Below, one piece after another: positions 12,300 through 25,795 of a DNA stretch of 64,000 nt. Position 1 is the first letter of the stretch. Each line of letters starts with the position of its first letter. Where the stretch lies: the NCBI GenBank assembly GCA_013265495.1, contig MU057887.1, positions 755,985 to 819,984 on the forward strand, given 5' to 3'. The stretch is from Vicugna vicugna. Lineage: Eukaryota. The notes beneath the pieces are model-generated. The model ran no database searches. It was not told the origin of the DNA and worked only from the letters and a program-made list of their open reading frames with translations. The position numbers were made by a program, and so were the translations under genes.

Positions 12300-13960
12300 T
12301 TCCTCACGTTCACGTTTCCCTTCTGAAATGCAGTGCAGACCTAGGGATGAGTAATGAAGCATCTCCTCGCGTGCATCCTGAGTTCCCTGGCCTCTTCTCT
12401 CAACTTTGCTGTTCTTTCCTGGTAAAGCTCCCTCTCCAGTCAAAGCCACCTTGCTGTTCCCTTTGCATCTGCGCCCGAGTGCCTGGGCAAGGCTGGAGAG
12501 GACCTCACAGCCGTGCCGGCTGGGCTTCCGTGAGCCGACGGTCACTAGCCGTGGGCAGGTGTGTCGGCCTGCCTGGCCGTCCTCCTGTTCCCTAGTCCGT
12601 AATTCCCCGCTTCCCTCGTCACCTCTTCTGTGCCTTTTGCTCTCCCTGAGTCTCCATTGCCTCTCCCTCATCCTCGTTCTCAGCTTCCTATTTTTCTGAG
12701 AAAAATAGGGGCAACCAGGAGATAATTTCCAGGAACTCCCCTCACTCTCGCTGCCCACCTCCCTGTGTCTGCCTCCGCAATTTCCCTTCTGTTATGGGGG
12801 ATGAAGAGTCTCACTCCGAATGCCAGCCCCCCTTAGGTCTGCACTAAATTCCACTCCCTTTTGCACACATTCCTATTGGATTATTCTCATCATTTTGTGG
12901 ATCTGCTGTAATTAGCCCCCATCCTAGGAAAATCTCTCCCCCATCCTCTTGGGTGGTGGGTTTTTTTTTTCCTGCTCCCATTTATAATAAAACTTCTCTA
13001 AGACGTTTTTATATTCACTACTACAGTTTTTTGTTTATCTTGAAGCCATTCCACGCTGTGAAATCCATTGGTCTTCTCCTTAAACCCTTCTCTTACGCGA
13101 CCTCTCAGCTGTGTGGGATGTAGTCCGTCGCTTCTCTCTTGAAACGCTTTCTCCATCTGGCTTGTCGGACACCAGCCCTTCCTGCCTTCCCGGCTGTTCT
13201 CTCTCCCCAGGTCCCAGAGCTCGGGCCTCGGGCTGCTTACCCCGCCCCGCGTGTCCTCCCCTGGTGGCTGCGCTCAGTCCTGTGGCTTCGCTCCTTAAGT
13301 TTGTGGTGTCGTTTTTCTTCAGCTGGACTTTTCTCCTTGTCCTCAGACTTGTGAGTTCACCTGCCTGCTCCACATTTCCGCTTGTATTTCTAAGAGGCAC
13401 CTCTAGTTTAACAAATCTCGGACTGAGCTCCCGACTCCCCTGTCCTCCACATGTCTCTGCAGCAGTCTTCTCCGTTTCCTCAAATGGCAGATGCTCCTTT
13501 GTTGCTCAGCCATCCTTGACCCCCTGTCCGATCACCCTCAAAACGACTGGTCACCAGATCTTACTGGCTCCTCTTGAGAATGTATTCAGGATCTGACCCC
13601 TGCTCACCGTGTCTGCCGCGGCCACTCTTCCTCCGTGGTCCTGGTGTCTTTTCGTCCCCCTGCTATGATCAGCCCTTTACAGAATAGCCAGAGGGATGCT
13701 TTAAAAATGAAAGTCAGATGATGTCAGCCCCCTGCTCAGAAGCCTTCCTGCGTCACAGCAGGATGGAAGCCGAAGACCTTTCAGGGGCCGGGAGCCTGTG
13801 CCCTTTGGCTCTTCCAGTACCTCATCGGGCTGCTTCCACAAGCCCCTGTGACGTGCGGGGGGCCTCCCCCTGCCCTCCATCCAGGCTCTTCTCCCAGGAA
13901 GCTGTGTAGCTTGCTTCGTCACCAGCTTCAGTTCTATGCTCAAATACCACTTTTTAAATA
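12300..13960 (+). mobile_element. L2 LINE, long degraded fragment
   Basis: L2 motifs 'cttctctcttgaaacgctttct', 'ttctaagaggcacctc..tttaacaaatc', 'agccagagggatgctttaaaaatgaaagtcagatgatgtca'. Confidence 0.7.
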
Positions 13961-13978
13961 AGGTTTTTGAGAAGGTTC

Positions 13979-14062
13979 TTTTTTTTTTTTTAAATGGAGG
14001 TACTGGGGATTGAACCCAGGGAATGCTAAACATGTCCTCTACCACTGAGCTATCCCCTCCCC
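13979..14062 (-). mobile_element. tRNA-Ala-derived camelid SINE (Vic-1-like)
   Basis: Minus strand: ggggaggggaTAGCTCAGTGGtagag...ctgGGTTCAATCCccagtacctccattt-A(n); Pol III A and B boxes. Confidence 0.85.
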
Positions 14063-14552
14063 ACTTAATAAAGTCCATAAGAAGTTCTTATGTGCAGAAT
14101 CTTTCTCTAACTAAGAATGTAAAGGCATTCTCCTTGTATTTTCTCCCAGAGCTTTGTAGTTTTGCCTAACATGTATTCCTAAATCCATCTGGGGCTACTT
14201 TTTTCGTAGGATTACAAGTGAGGCTCCAGTCCAGTTTTTCCCTGTACAGGTGGCAGGTGTTCCAGCGCCCCTCCAGAACAGGCCAGCCAACAGGCCGGCC
14301 GTCCCCCAGGACCTTCAGTTCCGGCGCTGCTGTTCAGGTTTCCCTGTGTGCGCAGCTCTCCTCCGGACACTGTCCACTTCTGTGCATTTCGCCTTCTTGT
14401 AGCTTCCTTTACTTGATATAATGGATTTGAGATTCTGTCTCTGTCCTAATGAGAGACAGATTCTGTCTGTGGTGAGGTCACTGGGAAGGAGGGAAGCATG
14501 CGATTTTGGGGGGGAGTGGGGAGAGGTCTTAGGTACTTGGAACCCTTGAAAG

Positions 14553-14850
14553 CCAGGGTCGCCAAACTATGATCCATGGGCCAAATCTGAGCCACCACCT
14601 TTTTATTTTTTAATGGCTTTTGAGTTAAGAATGATTTTTACATTTTAAATGGTGAGGGAAAATAAATAAAATTTCATGACACGAAAATTACATGCACTTT
14701 AAATTTGGTGTCTGTGAAAAGAGTGTCCCCAGGACACAGGTTGGCGGGTGGGTTGCGGTGTCGTCCGCAGCAGCAGCGGTGACACGTCGTGTCCGCAGAG
14801 CCTGAGCTGCTTACCCCCGGCCTTCACAGGAGAGGCTTCCCAGCCCTGCA
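14553..14850 (+). mobile_element. hAT-Charlie MER58-like DNA transposon
   Basis: 'cagggtcgccaaactatgatccatgggccaaatct...gagttaagaatgatttttacatttt...ggccttcacagg...cagccctg'. Confidence 0.8.
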
Positions 14851-16822
14851 GGATGGATCGGTCTTCGCTGCCAGGGACAGCTCCAGAGTCCTGCATGTGA
14901 CAGATGAAGGGAAAAGAGCACCAAAGGAGAGTTTTGAGGGCTGCAAAGATAAATTTCAAACTTTTGCCCTAGGCTGTTTCTCGTAGGAGATAGAAATGTT
15001 TTTATTTTCTGTTTTCATTCACTCTAACCCAGTCAACTCAGTAAGCAGGGTTTATGGCTTTAAATAACAACCAGTGATTGTTATTTTAGTCTCTGAACCT
15101 GTGTGTGTTTTAATAGTTTTTTCTCAGTGACGGGGGTTAAACTACTCTAGACCACATATGGCAATTTTTAATTAAATCTAAGGTATTAGAATAAATCTTT
15201 TAACAAGTGTGGAAGTCTTAGTTGTAGGTTCCAGTGACGGGCAGCTAGTTTCCTTGTCAAGCAGGGGTCCCGCCTGGTGTGTTAACTGTCGGACGCATGT
15301 ACAGGTAGTTCGTTAGACCCATCTAACCTGCTGCATATAATCACCGGCAGTTTTCTTTAATTTTACTCAAACAGGATCAAACCTACAGATCTGTTCCAAC
15401 TTGAAGGAAATGAAATTCTACCTTTTGTGTAACTCAAAGGCTCTTGTTTTGTTCTGTAATGTAACATTGCATTTATGTGTTGTCTGCAGGGTATGCATTC
15501 CTCTCTAAAAGGGATGTCTAGCGGTTGAATTTTAATTGTCCTTGTAAGTACCTTCTACCTCTGTGAATGAAGTAGCTAAGCTTTTTAAAGTCTTTGTGAA
15601 TGTTTTGTGTTAGTTTGGTTAAAGCAGCAATGACAGCAGTTTTTATTATTAATAACATTTGTAATATGTGAACCATTGACTGATCTTCACTGGCTGTTTC
15701 ACTGTCGTTAATCATTACACATATTTAGCTGTGCTGTCTTGACAGTGAACATGGAATTCGCAGACAGAGTACGTTAGGACTGCTTTGGATCTGTAGTGCC
15801 AAACAGCTTTCTGTCAAGGCTCTAGAGAAGGTGAAGAAGTCTAGAAGAGAAGTACGTGCTTTCATAGAGGTTACTGTTAATGAAAAGCTTATTTTTGGTC
15901 TTCATCTGATGGAAGTTGTTAATGTATCATATTGTATTAAAATATGGTGAATAAAATCTGTGGCTGTTCATTATATGGCTCTGGAGGAAAGAGGTCCCCC
16001 CCTTTTTATAGAGGGATACAGACATCTAAGAAAGTCTCTGCTTTCAAGAAATTTAAAATATAATTAATTGGGTTACAACCCCTCTCCCCGCCTCCCCCTT
16101 TAAGCTTACCCATTATGTCATTTTATGGGGAAGGAGAGGTAGATGTTTCTTAAATACCAATCATAGGATATCTCCATCTTAAAATGTGGCCATTTTTTCA
16201 AGTTTCTGAGTCCAGGAGGTATGGATTTCTTACTGGGAGTGGACAGGTTGCGCCGGTGCCTCAGTGTTTTCCAGCCACTGCCGCGAAGTGCGCGGATTTC
16301 ACTGCCCACGCCAGGCCTGGGCCTGCCTCAGAGCCCTGCTCAGTTAGTGTCTGGGTGACGGAATGAGTCAGGGAGGCAGTGAGATGCCACTCTGAATATG
16401 CCGATATTCTCATCACTGTTTAAACTTGAGTTGAACAAATACAATTAGTGAATGCCAGTCTGGGCCCTAGAGATACGTAAGAAAATAAAATCTCTCTTTT
16501 TTTTTTTGGATCTATAGTCCAGCTGGGGCGACAGACCCGACAAGTGTTATTCCATTCTTATGGACTGAGTCCCAGAGGAGCACAGAGGTGGGAGGTGGTC
16601 CCCCGAGGACTCTGAGGACCAGGGAGTTTGACCAGGGCTGGGAGTTTTCCAAAGGCCGGGTTCTTCCAGGCAGCGAGTTGGGTGGGGGCGGTGTGGAAGG
16701 GCGGTCTGGTGGAGGCCGTAGATTTGAGCAGACGCAGGACTGCAAGTGCTCAGTGGTTTCAGGAACCCATGGGTGTGTGGCCCGGGGACAACAAATGGCA
16801 GTGATCACAGTCCCAGGTTAGA

Positions 16823-16909
16823 GGGTGGGGGTGGAGCGCAGTGGTGGAGGGTGTGCTTAGCATGCTCGAGGTCCTGGGTTCAATCGCTGGTACCGCCATT
16901 TAAAAAAAA
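16823..16909 (+). mobile_element. Vic-1-like SINE
   Basis: 'gcgcagtggtggagggtgtgcttagcatgctcgaggtcctgggttcaatc...ccatttaaaaaaaa'. Confidence 0.8.
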
Positions 16910-17636
16910 TCCTCATTTATTTTCTCTTTATACCACAAATATAAATTACCACGTGCTCTATAAACGCTATTGATTACTCTTCAGTAGCTGTTAGAGGTTA
17001 CTTGTATTTCAGGAATCTTTGGATTGACTTTAGTTCAGTTAACCATTTTTCTTTTGGCTTAAAGTGTAATAGAGGAGAAAAGCATGGTGTGTGTGTGACA
17101 GATTAACACGTAACATTGGGGGTTATTCACAGGACAGTTCATGAACTTACTGATCGTTCTATGGTTGGAATATCAGTTACCCAGTTTTCCTAAGAATAGT
17201 GGTTTTTAAAAATTTTGTGTCGTCTACCATAATTTGACTTCAGACTTTTGATGTGCAAGGTACCAGTTTTGATGCTAGGATTTCAAAGAGTGACATCAGA
17301 GAAGACCGTGTACAGGAAGACGGCGGCGCCCACGTGAGAGGTAGCTTGCAGAAGAAAGCACGTTGGCGTCCTTACCTCAGGAGTGAACACGCATTCTTAG
17401 TCATCCTGGTAGGAACATGCGGCTGCGCTGTAGGTTGTGGAAGCTGTGCAGCTCTGCTTTTGTCTGACTGTAAGATTAGGGAGTAAATGCCACCACACTT
17501 GATGCCAGTGGGGCACGTGGAGGTAATTGGGTTTTCTCCTTGTTGGAGAAATCATGATCACTCTTGGCGTTCTTCAGAATTGTTTTACCTCTTGGGTTTT
17601 TTCTTAGCATATTAAGGTCTGCACTGTACTTAGAGC

Positions 17637-18172
17637 TGTTGGAGCCCAGAGCAGACCTCCTCAACATTTGCCTCCGTGACATACTGATTTTTTTTTTTAC
17701 TTAAAATTACTTAAGAAAGAGCTATCACAAGAGGGACGCTCTGACCCGTCCCTCTGCCTCCCTGAAAACAGGCGGTACATCTCCCTGCGAGAGGTGTGTT
17801 CCCTGCACCTGGAGGTGGAGGACACCCTGATGCCCAGAGGTGAATTCGGGGCTGAGAAACCCAGACGCACAAACTTTGTTACTTCTTTAATTTACTGCCC
17901 CACGTCCGAACTCTGGCCAGAGGCTTCACTACTAAGCACCCAAAGCCTGAGTTTCTTTGTTCTGCCAATTCCTCACAAGTTTATTGTTTCTTTGTCTAAA
18001 AAGTATAAAAGCTGCCTGCTTTGGTCCACTTTTTAGGCCGCATTTCTATGAAACCTCTGGGCACGTGAATTACCTTTCTCTTCCTCCTGTTAATCTGTCT
18101 TGGGTCAGTTTTATTGTTAGTCCAGTCACAAGAACTCAGGAGGGGAGGCGGACACTTCCTGCTGCCCGACTG
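17637..18172 (+). mobile_element. ERV1 solo LTR (MER34-like)
   Basis: TG start; 'gtataaaagctgcctgctttgg' TATA region; 3' 'ctcctgttaatctgtcttgggtcagttttattgttagtccag'. Confidence 0.65.
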
Positions 18173-19519
18173 TACTCCTTAAAGCTGTCTTGAAAGTGCT
18201 CACGAGTATTCTTTTTATGGCATATCGTCACCGAGAGCGGCTGTCACTCCGCGTTGCTTTATGCAGTTACTGAGGCAGGATTAATGCCGCGCCCTTGAGC
18301 TTTCACGTTTTTATTTGGTCACTCAAGTCACTGAAATTCTGAATCAAAGCTTCACGCTCCACATTTAGAGGGGTGATGGGGGGACAAATTATTTTATGCA
18401 TGATTTCCCAGTTTTTAATTGATTAATTTATACGCTGCCTCTTTCCAGAAACATATTTGAAGTACCTTAAAAAATAAATACCATTAAATAAAATAAAGAT
18501 AAGGGAGGAAGTTGGAGACAAGGGAACAGCCAGACAGGAGAAATAAGATTAGTGCTCAGAGCCACGCCGAGGATTGCAGTGTTAAAGGTGGGTCAGAGGT
18601 TCGACTCCAGGCTTCTTAGAGACAAAGACCGAGAGCAGAACACGGTGACTGATGTGACTTGCAGCATCCACCCCTAAGATAAAAGGACAGCACTTGGAGC
18701 CCGAGCATGTGTGGTCCTGAAGCCCAGGGGGGAGGTGTCCCCACTGCCCGAGCAAGCCCAGCAGCCTGCGGCGGTTCTGTGTGGAGGCGCAGCTCCCTGA
18801 TGGTCTGGCTCAGCCCAGGGGTGACACGGGCAGTGCTGTGGCTCCACAGTGAGAGCAGAACCGAGAAGTCGTGCGGTCAGAACTCATCTGTGAGGATCTC
18901 TTCAGTTGTCTAACGCAGCAGTTTTCCTTCTGTCATTAAAACAGCTTGTTTCTTCAGGGGGTTCATGGAATGAGGAAATTGGCTTGCATTTAGGTGCCAT
19001 GTCGCACCCAAAAATTCTCATCTTCATTGCTGTGGGCTGAGAGCCAGTGCAGGCGATGCCCCTGGCACGAGAGGCCTGTGGGAACGGAGGTGCCCCGGGG
19101 GACAGCCACGGGGGGAAGGCCAGCAGGACAGCGCGGTTCCTTGTCCCCCCAGGGCCATGCTCTCGGGGGAGAGCTTGCTCTGGCTGTCTCTCTGTCTTTG
19201 TTTCTGTCTGTCTCCTCCCCACCCCACCCCCACCTACATGGTTGAACATATGTAAGCTCAGAGCACAGTCGCTGGCTTCGCGGCATCTAAGATTGGATCA
19301 TGTATCTGCCCCCTGGGCAGTCCTTCGTGAATATTGTTCCTCGTAATTTTAGGCACCTAGTGGGTGACAGAGGACATGGTTATAGTCCCTGTCTAGAGCA
19401 TGAAATGCAGATGTTTGGTTTTGATTAAGGGCAGATCCAGAAACAGTCACCTTCAGTGGGGCTTTGGGTTGCTGCAGGGAGCGGGAGCACTGAAGCCACT
19501 GAGGTGGGGTCGCGGCTCC

Positions 19520-19680
19520 GCCAGTGATTAGCTGAGTGATGTGGGCAAGTTGCTTAAACACCTTTAACACTGTTACCCTGTCTTTAAAATGGAGATGGTG
19601 GTATTGGCGTCGTAAGGTTGAAGCGAAGGTTAAATGGGGTAATACAGGGGAAGGTCAGTAAGAACAGGGCCTTGGCTAAG
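19520..19680 (+). mobile_element. MIR SINE
   Basis: 'gtgatgtgggcaagttgcttaa...tgtctttaaaatggagatggtg'. Confidence 0.7.
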
Positions 19681-19843
19681 CGCCTGGTCTTGGGGCTCTT
19701 CCGTGTTGTAAATTAAGGAGCTGGAACAGGTAGGCCTAGACTGCGTCCCCACAGAGTTAGGTACAAGCAGTGTTCTGAGATGGACATTTGGAAATTAGTC
19801 TTTTTTTCTGGTCTGTAACAATTTTATCTTTTTTTACCCCCAG

Positions 19844-20035
19844 AGAAACGGCACCCAGGACCATCTTCCAGAGAGTCCTGGATATCCTGAAGAAGTCTTC
19901 TCAGGCCGTTGAGCTGGCCTGCAGGGACCCGTCCCAGGTGGACCATCTGGCCTCCAGCCTGCAGTTAATCACGGAGTGCTTCCGGTGTCTGCGCAACGCG
20001 TGCATAGAGTGTTCCGTGAACCAGAACTCCATCAG
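19844..20035 (+). CDS. ATXN10: Ataxin-10 exon 2 (192 nt)
   Basis: Polypyrimidine tract + CAG acceptor (19841-43); ETAPRTIFQRVLDILKKSSQAVELACRDPSQVDHLASSLQLITECFRCLRNACIECSVNQNSIR; donor AG|GTACC at 20036. Confidence 0.97.
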
Positions 20036-22474
20036 GTACCATCCTCCGTGGCTGCGCGTTACCTGTGGTTGCACTTCTTCGTGGACGGCACGCCGGTCGT
20101 GTCGCGTTTACGTGTTTATCTGTCAGAAGTGGTTTTGGCGTCACAGTCGCCCGCCGTGCTGAGGAGGCCATCTTTGTGTCCCCGGGAGCAGTGCTCTGCG
20201 GGGCTTGGCCTTGGAGACTCTGAGATGAGGCCAGGATGTGTGCCCTTAGGGTTATCTCGGCTCCTTGCTTGTATTTATAGTGTTTTGAGGTATTTGGTTT
20301 TCTATGTAGCACAATGATTTGAACTTGATTTTGATTCTTTGGTCCCAGATTCTGCCTGCCTGAATGCACAGGCAGTTTGGGACCTCACTTTTCTTACTTG
20401 TAAATGTTTTAAGTAGTTTTAGTATTTTAACTAATTGCTCCTGTGTTTACTTTGAACAAGGAGCGTGCTTTGTGAATTTCTAAGATGGCCTACTTAAGAT
20501 TTCCTTAAGATTGTGTGGCGTCCCCAGCCCCGCTTCCACCCACTTTGTAACGTACGCTGAGTGCAGTCACACGGTGAGCGGGGGGACCGCCCTGCGCGGC
20601 TCCTGCCCTGTGACGTGCTGCACTGCCCTCCCAGAACTGAGCTCCTTGCCCCTTCGATTGTAAGGAATCTACTTTTTATTAAAATTTTTTACTTGAGACG
20701 AAGTCAGAAGCCACAAAGCATGCTCACTTTTCTTTCCTGGACTTGCATGTAGACAGAGCCTCCAGGCCTCCCTGTCACTGCTGTGATGGGTGAAGCCGGG
20801 CTGGTCCAGAAGCCAGTGAGGGGCTCCCTGCGCTGCCCAGACGGTCTTATACCTGAGGCTGGGGTATGATTAATGAGATGTTTTAGATCAAAGGAGAGGG
20901 AACAAAAGTTCGGATTGTTTAATTTCAGGACTGAACTGAACATGGCATCCATTTGCAGATAAATGGACAGAAACAATAATGATCTTGGTAATAATAGTTA
21001 ACTTTTAAAAAGCGTAAGTATTTGTACGCTGGAAATAGCAGGCCAGAGGCTAGTTTCCTCTGTCCCTGTCCAGGCAGGGAGGCCCTCTGGTTGATGGCAG
21101 AGGGAGGGAGAGCCTTAGAACAGGGACTTTGCGGGCTGGCAAACTCGTCTTTGTGCTTCTGTAGCCTCGTGGGCGGGAAGCCGGCTTCGAAGGGCCTGCC
21201 CTCAGCGCCAGGGCTTTGTTCCAAGACCTTGACTGGCAGTATCTTGTTTAATCCTTAGAACAAACCCAAGAAATAGTATGCTGCTATTCTGCCATTTTTA
21301 CAAAAGAAAAAAGTGTGACCCAGGCTGAGGAACTTGTCCGAGAGTCTCTCACTCAGTAAGTCGCAGAGTTCAGGACGGTTCTCCGTGACTCCGGACTATC
21401 TGACTCTAAAACTTGGCCCAGAAGCAGCTGTCACAACTACCTCGAGACACATGGACGCTGTTGTCTGTGATGGTGCCGTCCCTTAAATAGCCAGGGCCTT
21501 AGCCTTCACGAGTACCAGTGAGTTTTAAGAGCTAATGCTTAATGTAAAATACCGAAAGGTGTCTGTGTACATGGTATGCTCAGTAAAAGCTAAGTGTTTC
21601 TGTCGTCGCCTCCAGAATGATACTATAATACAAGTTTATGTTATTATTTCTTTCTTTGAAAACAATTAATTTGTATTTCTTGAGCCTGTCAAGACTCAGA
21701 TCTCAATCAGTATGTGTTTTTCCGATGTTTTAAGTTATTAAAGAGTTAATCAAAAGGTATGATGCTGTTAAGGCCTAGATCTTTTTACATCTTTTGTCTG
21801 AACATTGCACTTTGTGTGGAATGGGATTATGTTTTGCCAAGGATATATGGAATACGGGGCGTAACAGCTAAGCAAACAACCCGAGTCACATGAAATTCAG
21901 GAAGTACTCAGAGAGAACTGTTGAAAGCAGTTAGCTCTGCTGTAAACATAACCCCTGTTGCCAGGGTCGCTGTCCTGTTACTGCAGAGAGCCCGGTAAAT
22001 GGTTGAGGCTTTGTGATCTATGTCAGAACGTCTCAGCCCTCCCATTGTCCTGCGGAAGCAGCCTTACCTCGTACGTGAACAAATGCACGTGCTGTGTTCC
22101 AGTAAAGCCTCACTTGTGAACACTGAAATTTGAATTTCATGAAATTTTCATGTCGTGGAGTTACACCCCGCTCCTCCCACATCTGGCCCACAGACTCAGG
22201 CAGAGGCCCAGTTGCCTGGTAACCATCTGTGTCTACGTAGAGGCAGGAGCAGGAGGAGGCAGGGAGGCGCCGGGAGGCAGGCGCTGAGCCTCCTTTCCCA
22301 CCAGTCTTGTGCTTGGATGACGGGAGAGGTGCAGCGGCTTTCTGCCCACCTGGCCTCAGGGAAAGGAGAGAGGGTCCTAGCCACTGCCTGCCATCCCGGC
22401 CCTCTTCTTCGTCAGGCAGCAAGGTCTTGGCTTAATTGTGACTCACGCTGAGGGATGGTGAAGAGGTAGGGAGC

Positions 22475-25434
22475 TCTATTAGCTTCCTTTGCTGCTGGAA
22501 CAAGTTACTGCAAATTCAGAAGCTTGAAGCAGCAGAAAGTTATTATCCGACAGTTCCGGAGGTCAGGAGTCCTAAATCAGTTCTGCTGACCTGAAGGCAA
22601 AGTGCCAGCAGGGCTGGTTCCTTCTGGAGTCTCTCGTAGAGAATCCATTCTCTTGATTTTGTAGCTTCCAGAGGCTGCCTGCATTCCTTACTCCATGGCT
22701 CCATGCTCCCATCCTCAAAGCAGCACCGTAACATCTTCCCACCTCTTTCTCATCCTGACCATCTGGCTTCCCCGTGATGAGGACCGTAATGGTTACACGA
22801 GGCTCACCCAGGGAAGCCAGGGTCACCCTCCCGTCTTCACACCAGTGATTTAATCACAATAGAAAGTCTCTTGTGATGTTTTTTTTGACCAGTTCTTATT
22901 CTCCAAAACCAACTGTGTGTCCAACAGTTCAGTTCCATTCTGACACTACCTCGAGTTGTGGCGTCAGACTCCACAGCTTCACGACTCAGTCCCACAAGAC
23001 TGCCCCACTTCAGACGCCAGCTGCAAACGGAGTACCTAGACCACATTTCTGCCCAGCTGACTACTGATTCAGGGGTTCCCATGACACCCCTCGGGTCTGA
23101 TAGTTCAGTAGAACTCACAGAAAGCAGGGAACACTGCACATACTCCTACTAGTTTACTATGAAGGGTGCGGCTCAGGGAGCGCCAGGCAGCAGCATCGCG
23201 GAGGGTGGGTGGGGCTTCTCTGCCCTCTCCAGGTGCATCTTCCTCTCAGCTCTTTGATGTGTTCATCAGCCCACTCACAAGCCCTCCAGACGCACTGTTT
23301 AGGACTTTTTTCATGGAAGTTCCATCACATAGGCACGATTGATTAAATCACTGGCCATTGGTGGTTGGACTTGATCTCCAGCCCTCTTCCCCTCCCCGGA
23401 AGTGGGAGGTTGGGGTTGACAGTTGCAGCTGTCTAGCCATCTGATCATGTGGCTGGTTCCCCTGGCAACCAGCCCCCATCCTGAAGCTGTCTGCAGGCCC
23501 AGCAAAGTTGCCTCCTTAGCATGAACTCAGGTACGGTTGAGAGGGGCTTGGTATGAACAACAGAAAGCACTCCTGTCACACAGGAACTTCCAAGCGTTTA
23601 GGAGCTCTGTGCCAGGCACTGGGGACAGAGATCCCATATGTAGTCGTTGTTGTGTCGCATCTCTTTTGCCGTATAAGGTAACATTCACCGTGTCCAGAGT
23701 TTAGTATGTGGACATCTTCCAGGGACCTTTACTTTGCCTGGCACAGTCCACCCTTTGGCCTCTAAAGATCCATTTCTATCCTGTGTGCAAAATGCATTCA
23801 TCTCATCCCAAAGTCCCCCAGATTCCTGACCCATTATAGCATCAGCTCAAGTCCGAAATCTCACCTGAGTCTCATTAGCTAAAAAGTCCCAAATCTTACC
23901 GTGGAAATTACATATGGGTGAGACTCTGGACATGATTCATCCAGGGCAGAAGTCCCTTTTTTCTTTAGCCATGTGGAACTCGACAAGTAGTCTGCTCCCA
24001 AAATACAGTGGTGGGACAGGCATAGGATAACAGTTTTAGACATTACTCTAAAAAAGGAGAAAATTGAGGGAAAAGAGGAGTCACTGGTCCCAAGCCATCT
24101 CAAAATCCAGCTGGGCAAATTCTGGTTTTGAGGCCTGGGAATAGCCCTCTGCGGCTCGAGGCTCTTGCCCGTGGCCCTGCCCCCAGAGTCAGCCTCCTTT
24201 TCCTTGAAGAGTAAGAGTAACTGTTTTCAGCTGAGCAGTTCACCCTAATTCCTGCCTGCAGAATTTTGGGAGTTAACAGCCCTCTTTCATTTCGTCCTTT
24301 CTCTGTGCATTTCATCCAAGTTGGCTGAGTTTCTACTGGTGTAACATTCTCAAAACCCTCGTGGGTCTCACGTGTGTGTCACGGGGATTTATACACCATT
24401 AGGCAGTCTAAGGCCCGCCTTAGACGCCTTAGACAGAGCTCCCTCAGATCATAACCCCATCTCTACTCCTGGTTTCTGCGGAGATGACCGAGGGCAGTGA
24501 TTCACACACCTGATCCCTTCAGAGAGACGTGTGACTGAACACTGACCTTTTGGTTCTGCCAATGCATTAGCAAGAGGTCATCCAGCCACACTCTTGGCTT
24601 TCTCTTTAGAGCACATTTTCCTAACAGTGACCTTCTGGTTTTAGCATCTTTTGCAGTCTGTGTAGATTGAGAGTTTCCCAAATCACACCTCGTTCCCTTT
24701 CGGTTTCCTTTATCTCTCCTCTCTTGCATTTTTATCATATGCAACAAGAGGAAATCAGGCCACACCTTCAACATGTTGCTTGGAAATCTGCTTGGCTAAG
24801 TATCCAAGTTCATGGTGTTGCAAAGCTTCTGCCACTTTACTCCAGTTTCCAATGGCGTGTTCCTCATTTCTGTCTGCGATCTCACCAGCAGTGCCGTCAG
24901 TGTCCACATTTCTACCAACAGTTTCTTCAAGGCACATGGGCCTTTTCTGTCATGCGCCTCAAAATTCTTCCAGCCTCTGCCCATTGTCAGATTCCAAAGC
25001 CGCTTCCGTGTATCTGTTTGTCATAGCAGCACACCATTTCTGCTACCCAACTTAGTTTTCTCTTGCTACTGTGACAAATTACTGAAAACCTTAATAGTTT
25101 AAAACAGCACAGATTTATTATCTTACAGTTCCAGAGTTCAGAAGCCCGCAGTGGGTCAGCGTGGCTTTGGGGGAGGATCATTTTCCTGCCTTTTCTGGCT
25201 TCTAGAGGCCGCCTGCATCCTCGGCTTACAGCCTCCTTCCCTGACCTCCTCGTATTCCTCTCATAAGGACCCTGGTGATACATAGGGCCTCCCTAGTTAC
25301 TCCAGGTCAGTCTTAGCCTCTCGAGATCCTGATTTACTCACGACTGTAAAGGTCTCCCTTGCCGTGTAAGGTGGCACAGTCCCAGGTTTGGGGACTAAGG
25401 TGTGGCTCCCTGGGGGCTGTCACCCTGCATTACA
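22475..25434 (-). mobile_element. Complete MLT1 (ERVL-MaLR) provirus: two LTRs + internal region
   Basis: LTR 22475-~23745 (interrupted), internal ~23745-25045, LTR ~25050-25434; shared LTR motifs (acaa(g/a)ttactg..aa, ttattat....cagttcc.gag, gccgt(a/g)taaggt); flanks ggagc/ggaac. Confidence 0.8.
22872..23659 (-). mobile_element. Solo LTR (MER21-like) nested in the MLT1 LTR
   Basis: TG...CA termini; TSD tctct 22867-71 / 23660-64; 'cagttccattctgacactacc', 'cagtcccacaagactgccccacttcagacgcca'. Confidence 0.8.
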
Positions 25435-25533
25435 GGAACTGTCAGCTGTGGTCTCTGCAGTCACTGGATCGTTACTGAAACACAGGCTTAAGGAAAAGGA
25501 TGCATCTGACTTGGTCTTTCTAACCTTATGCAG

Positions 25534-25616
25534 GAGCTTGGACACAGTCGGTGTCGCTGTTGACTTGATTCTCCTTTTCCGTGAGCTGCGCGTGGAACAG
25601 GAATCCCTGTTGACAG
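25534..25616 (+). CDS. ATXN10: Ataxin-10 exon 3 (83 nt)
   Basis: CTAAC branch motif, CAG acceptor; SLDTVGVAVDLILLFRELRVEQESLLT; donor G|GTAAGT at 25617; frame continuous with exon 2. Confidence 0.97.
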
Positions 25617-25795
25617 GTAAGTTGCAGTGTCGTTCCTGGATTGTTTGTATCTTTGAAAAGGGTTTAAATACCGGCACTTTGAGTATTACATCATTCATTA
25701 AAGCAAATGTTCTGTTTCATGATACAGAGAAACTTCATTAGTGATACTGAAGGGTTATCATGGAAGAAAGTTGTGGTAGCTTCCTTTCTTCCCCC

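Noticed and set aside
13979..14062. tRNA-Ala-like sequences (also 16823, 32901, 37290, 45759)
   Set aside because: Diverged, with A-rich tails and no intact cloverleaf: SINEs, not tRNA genes.
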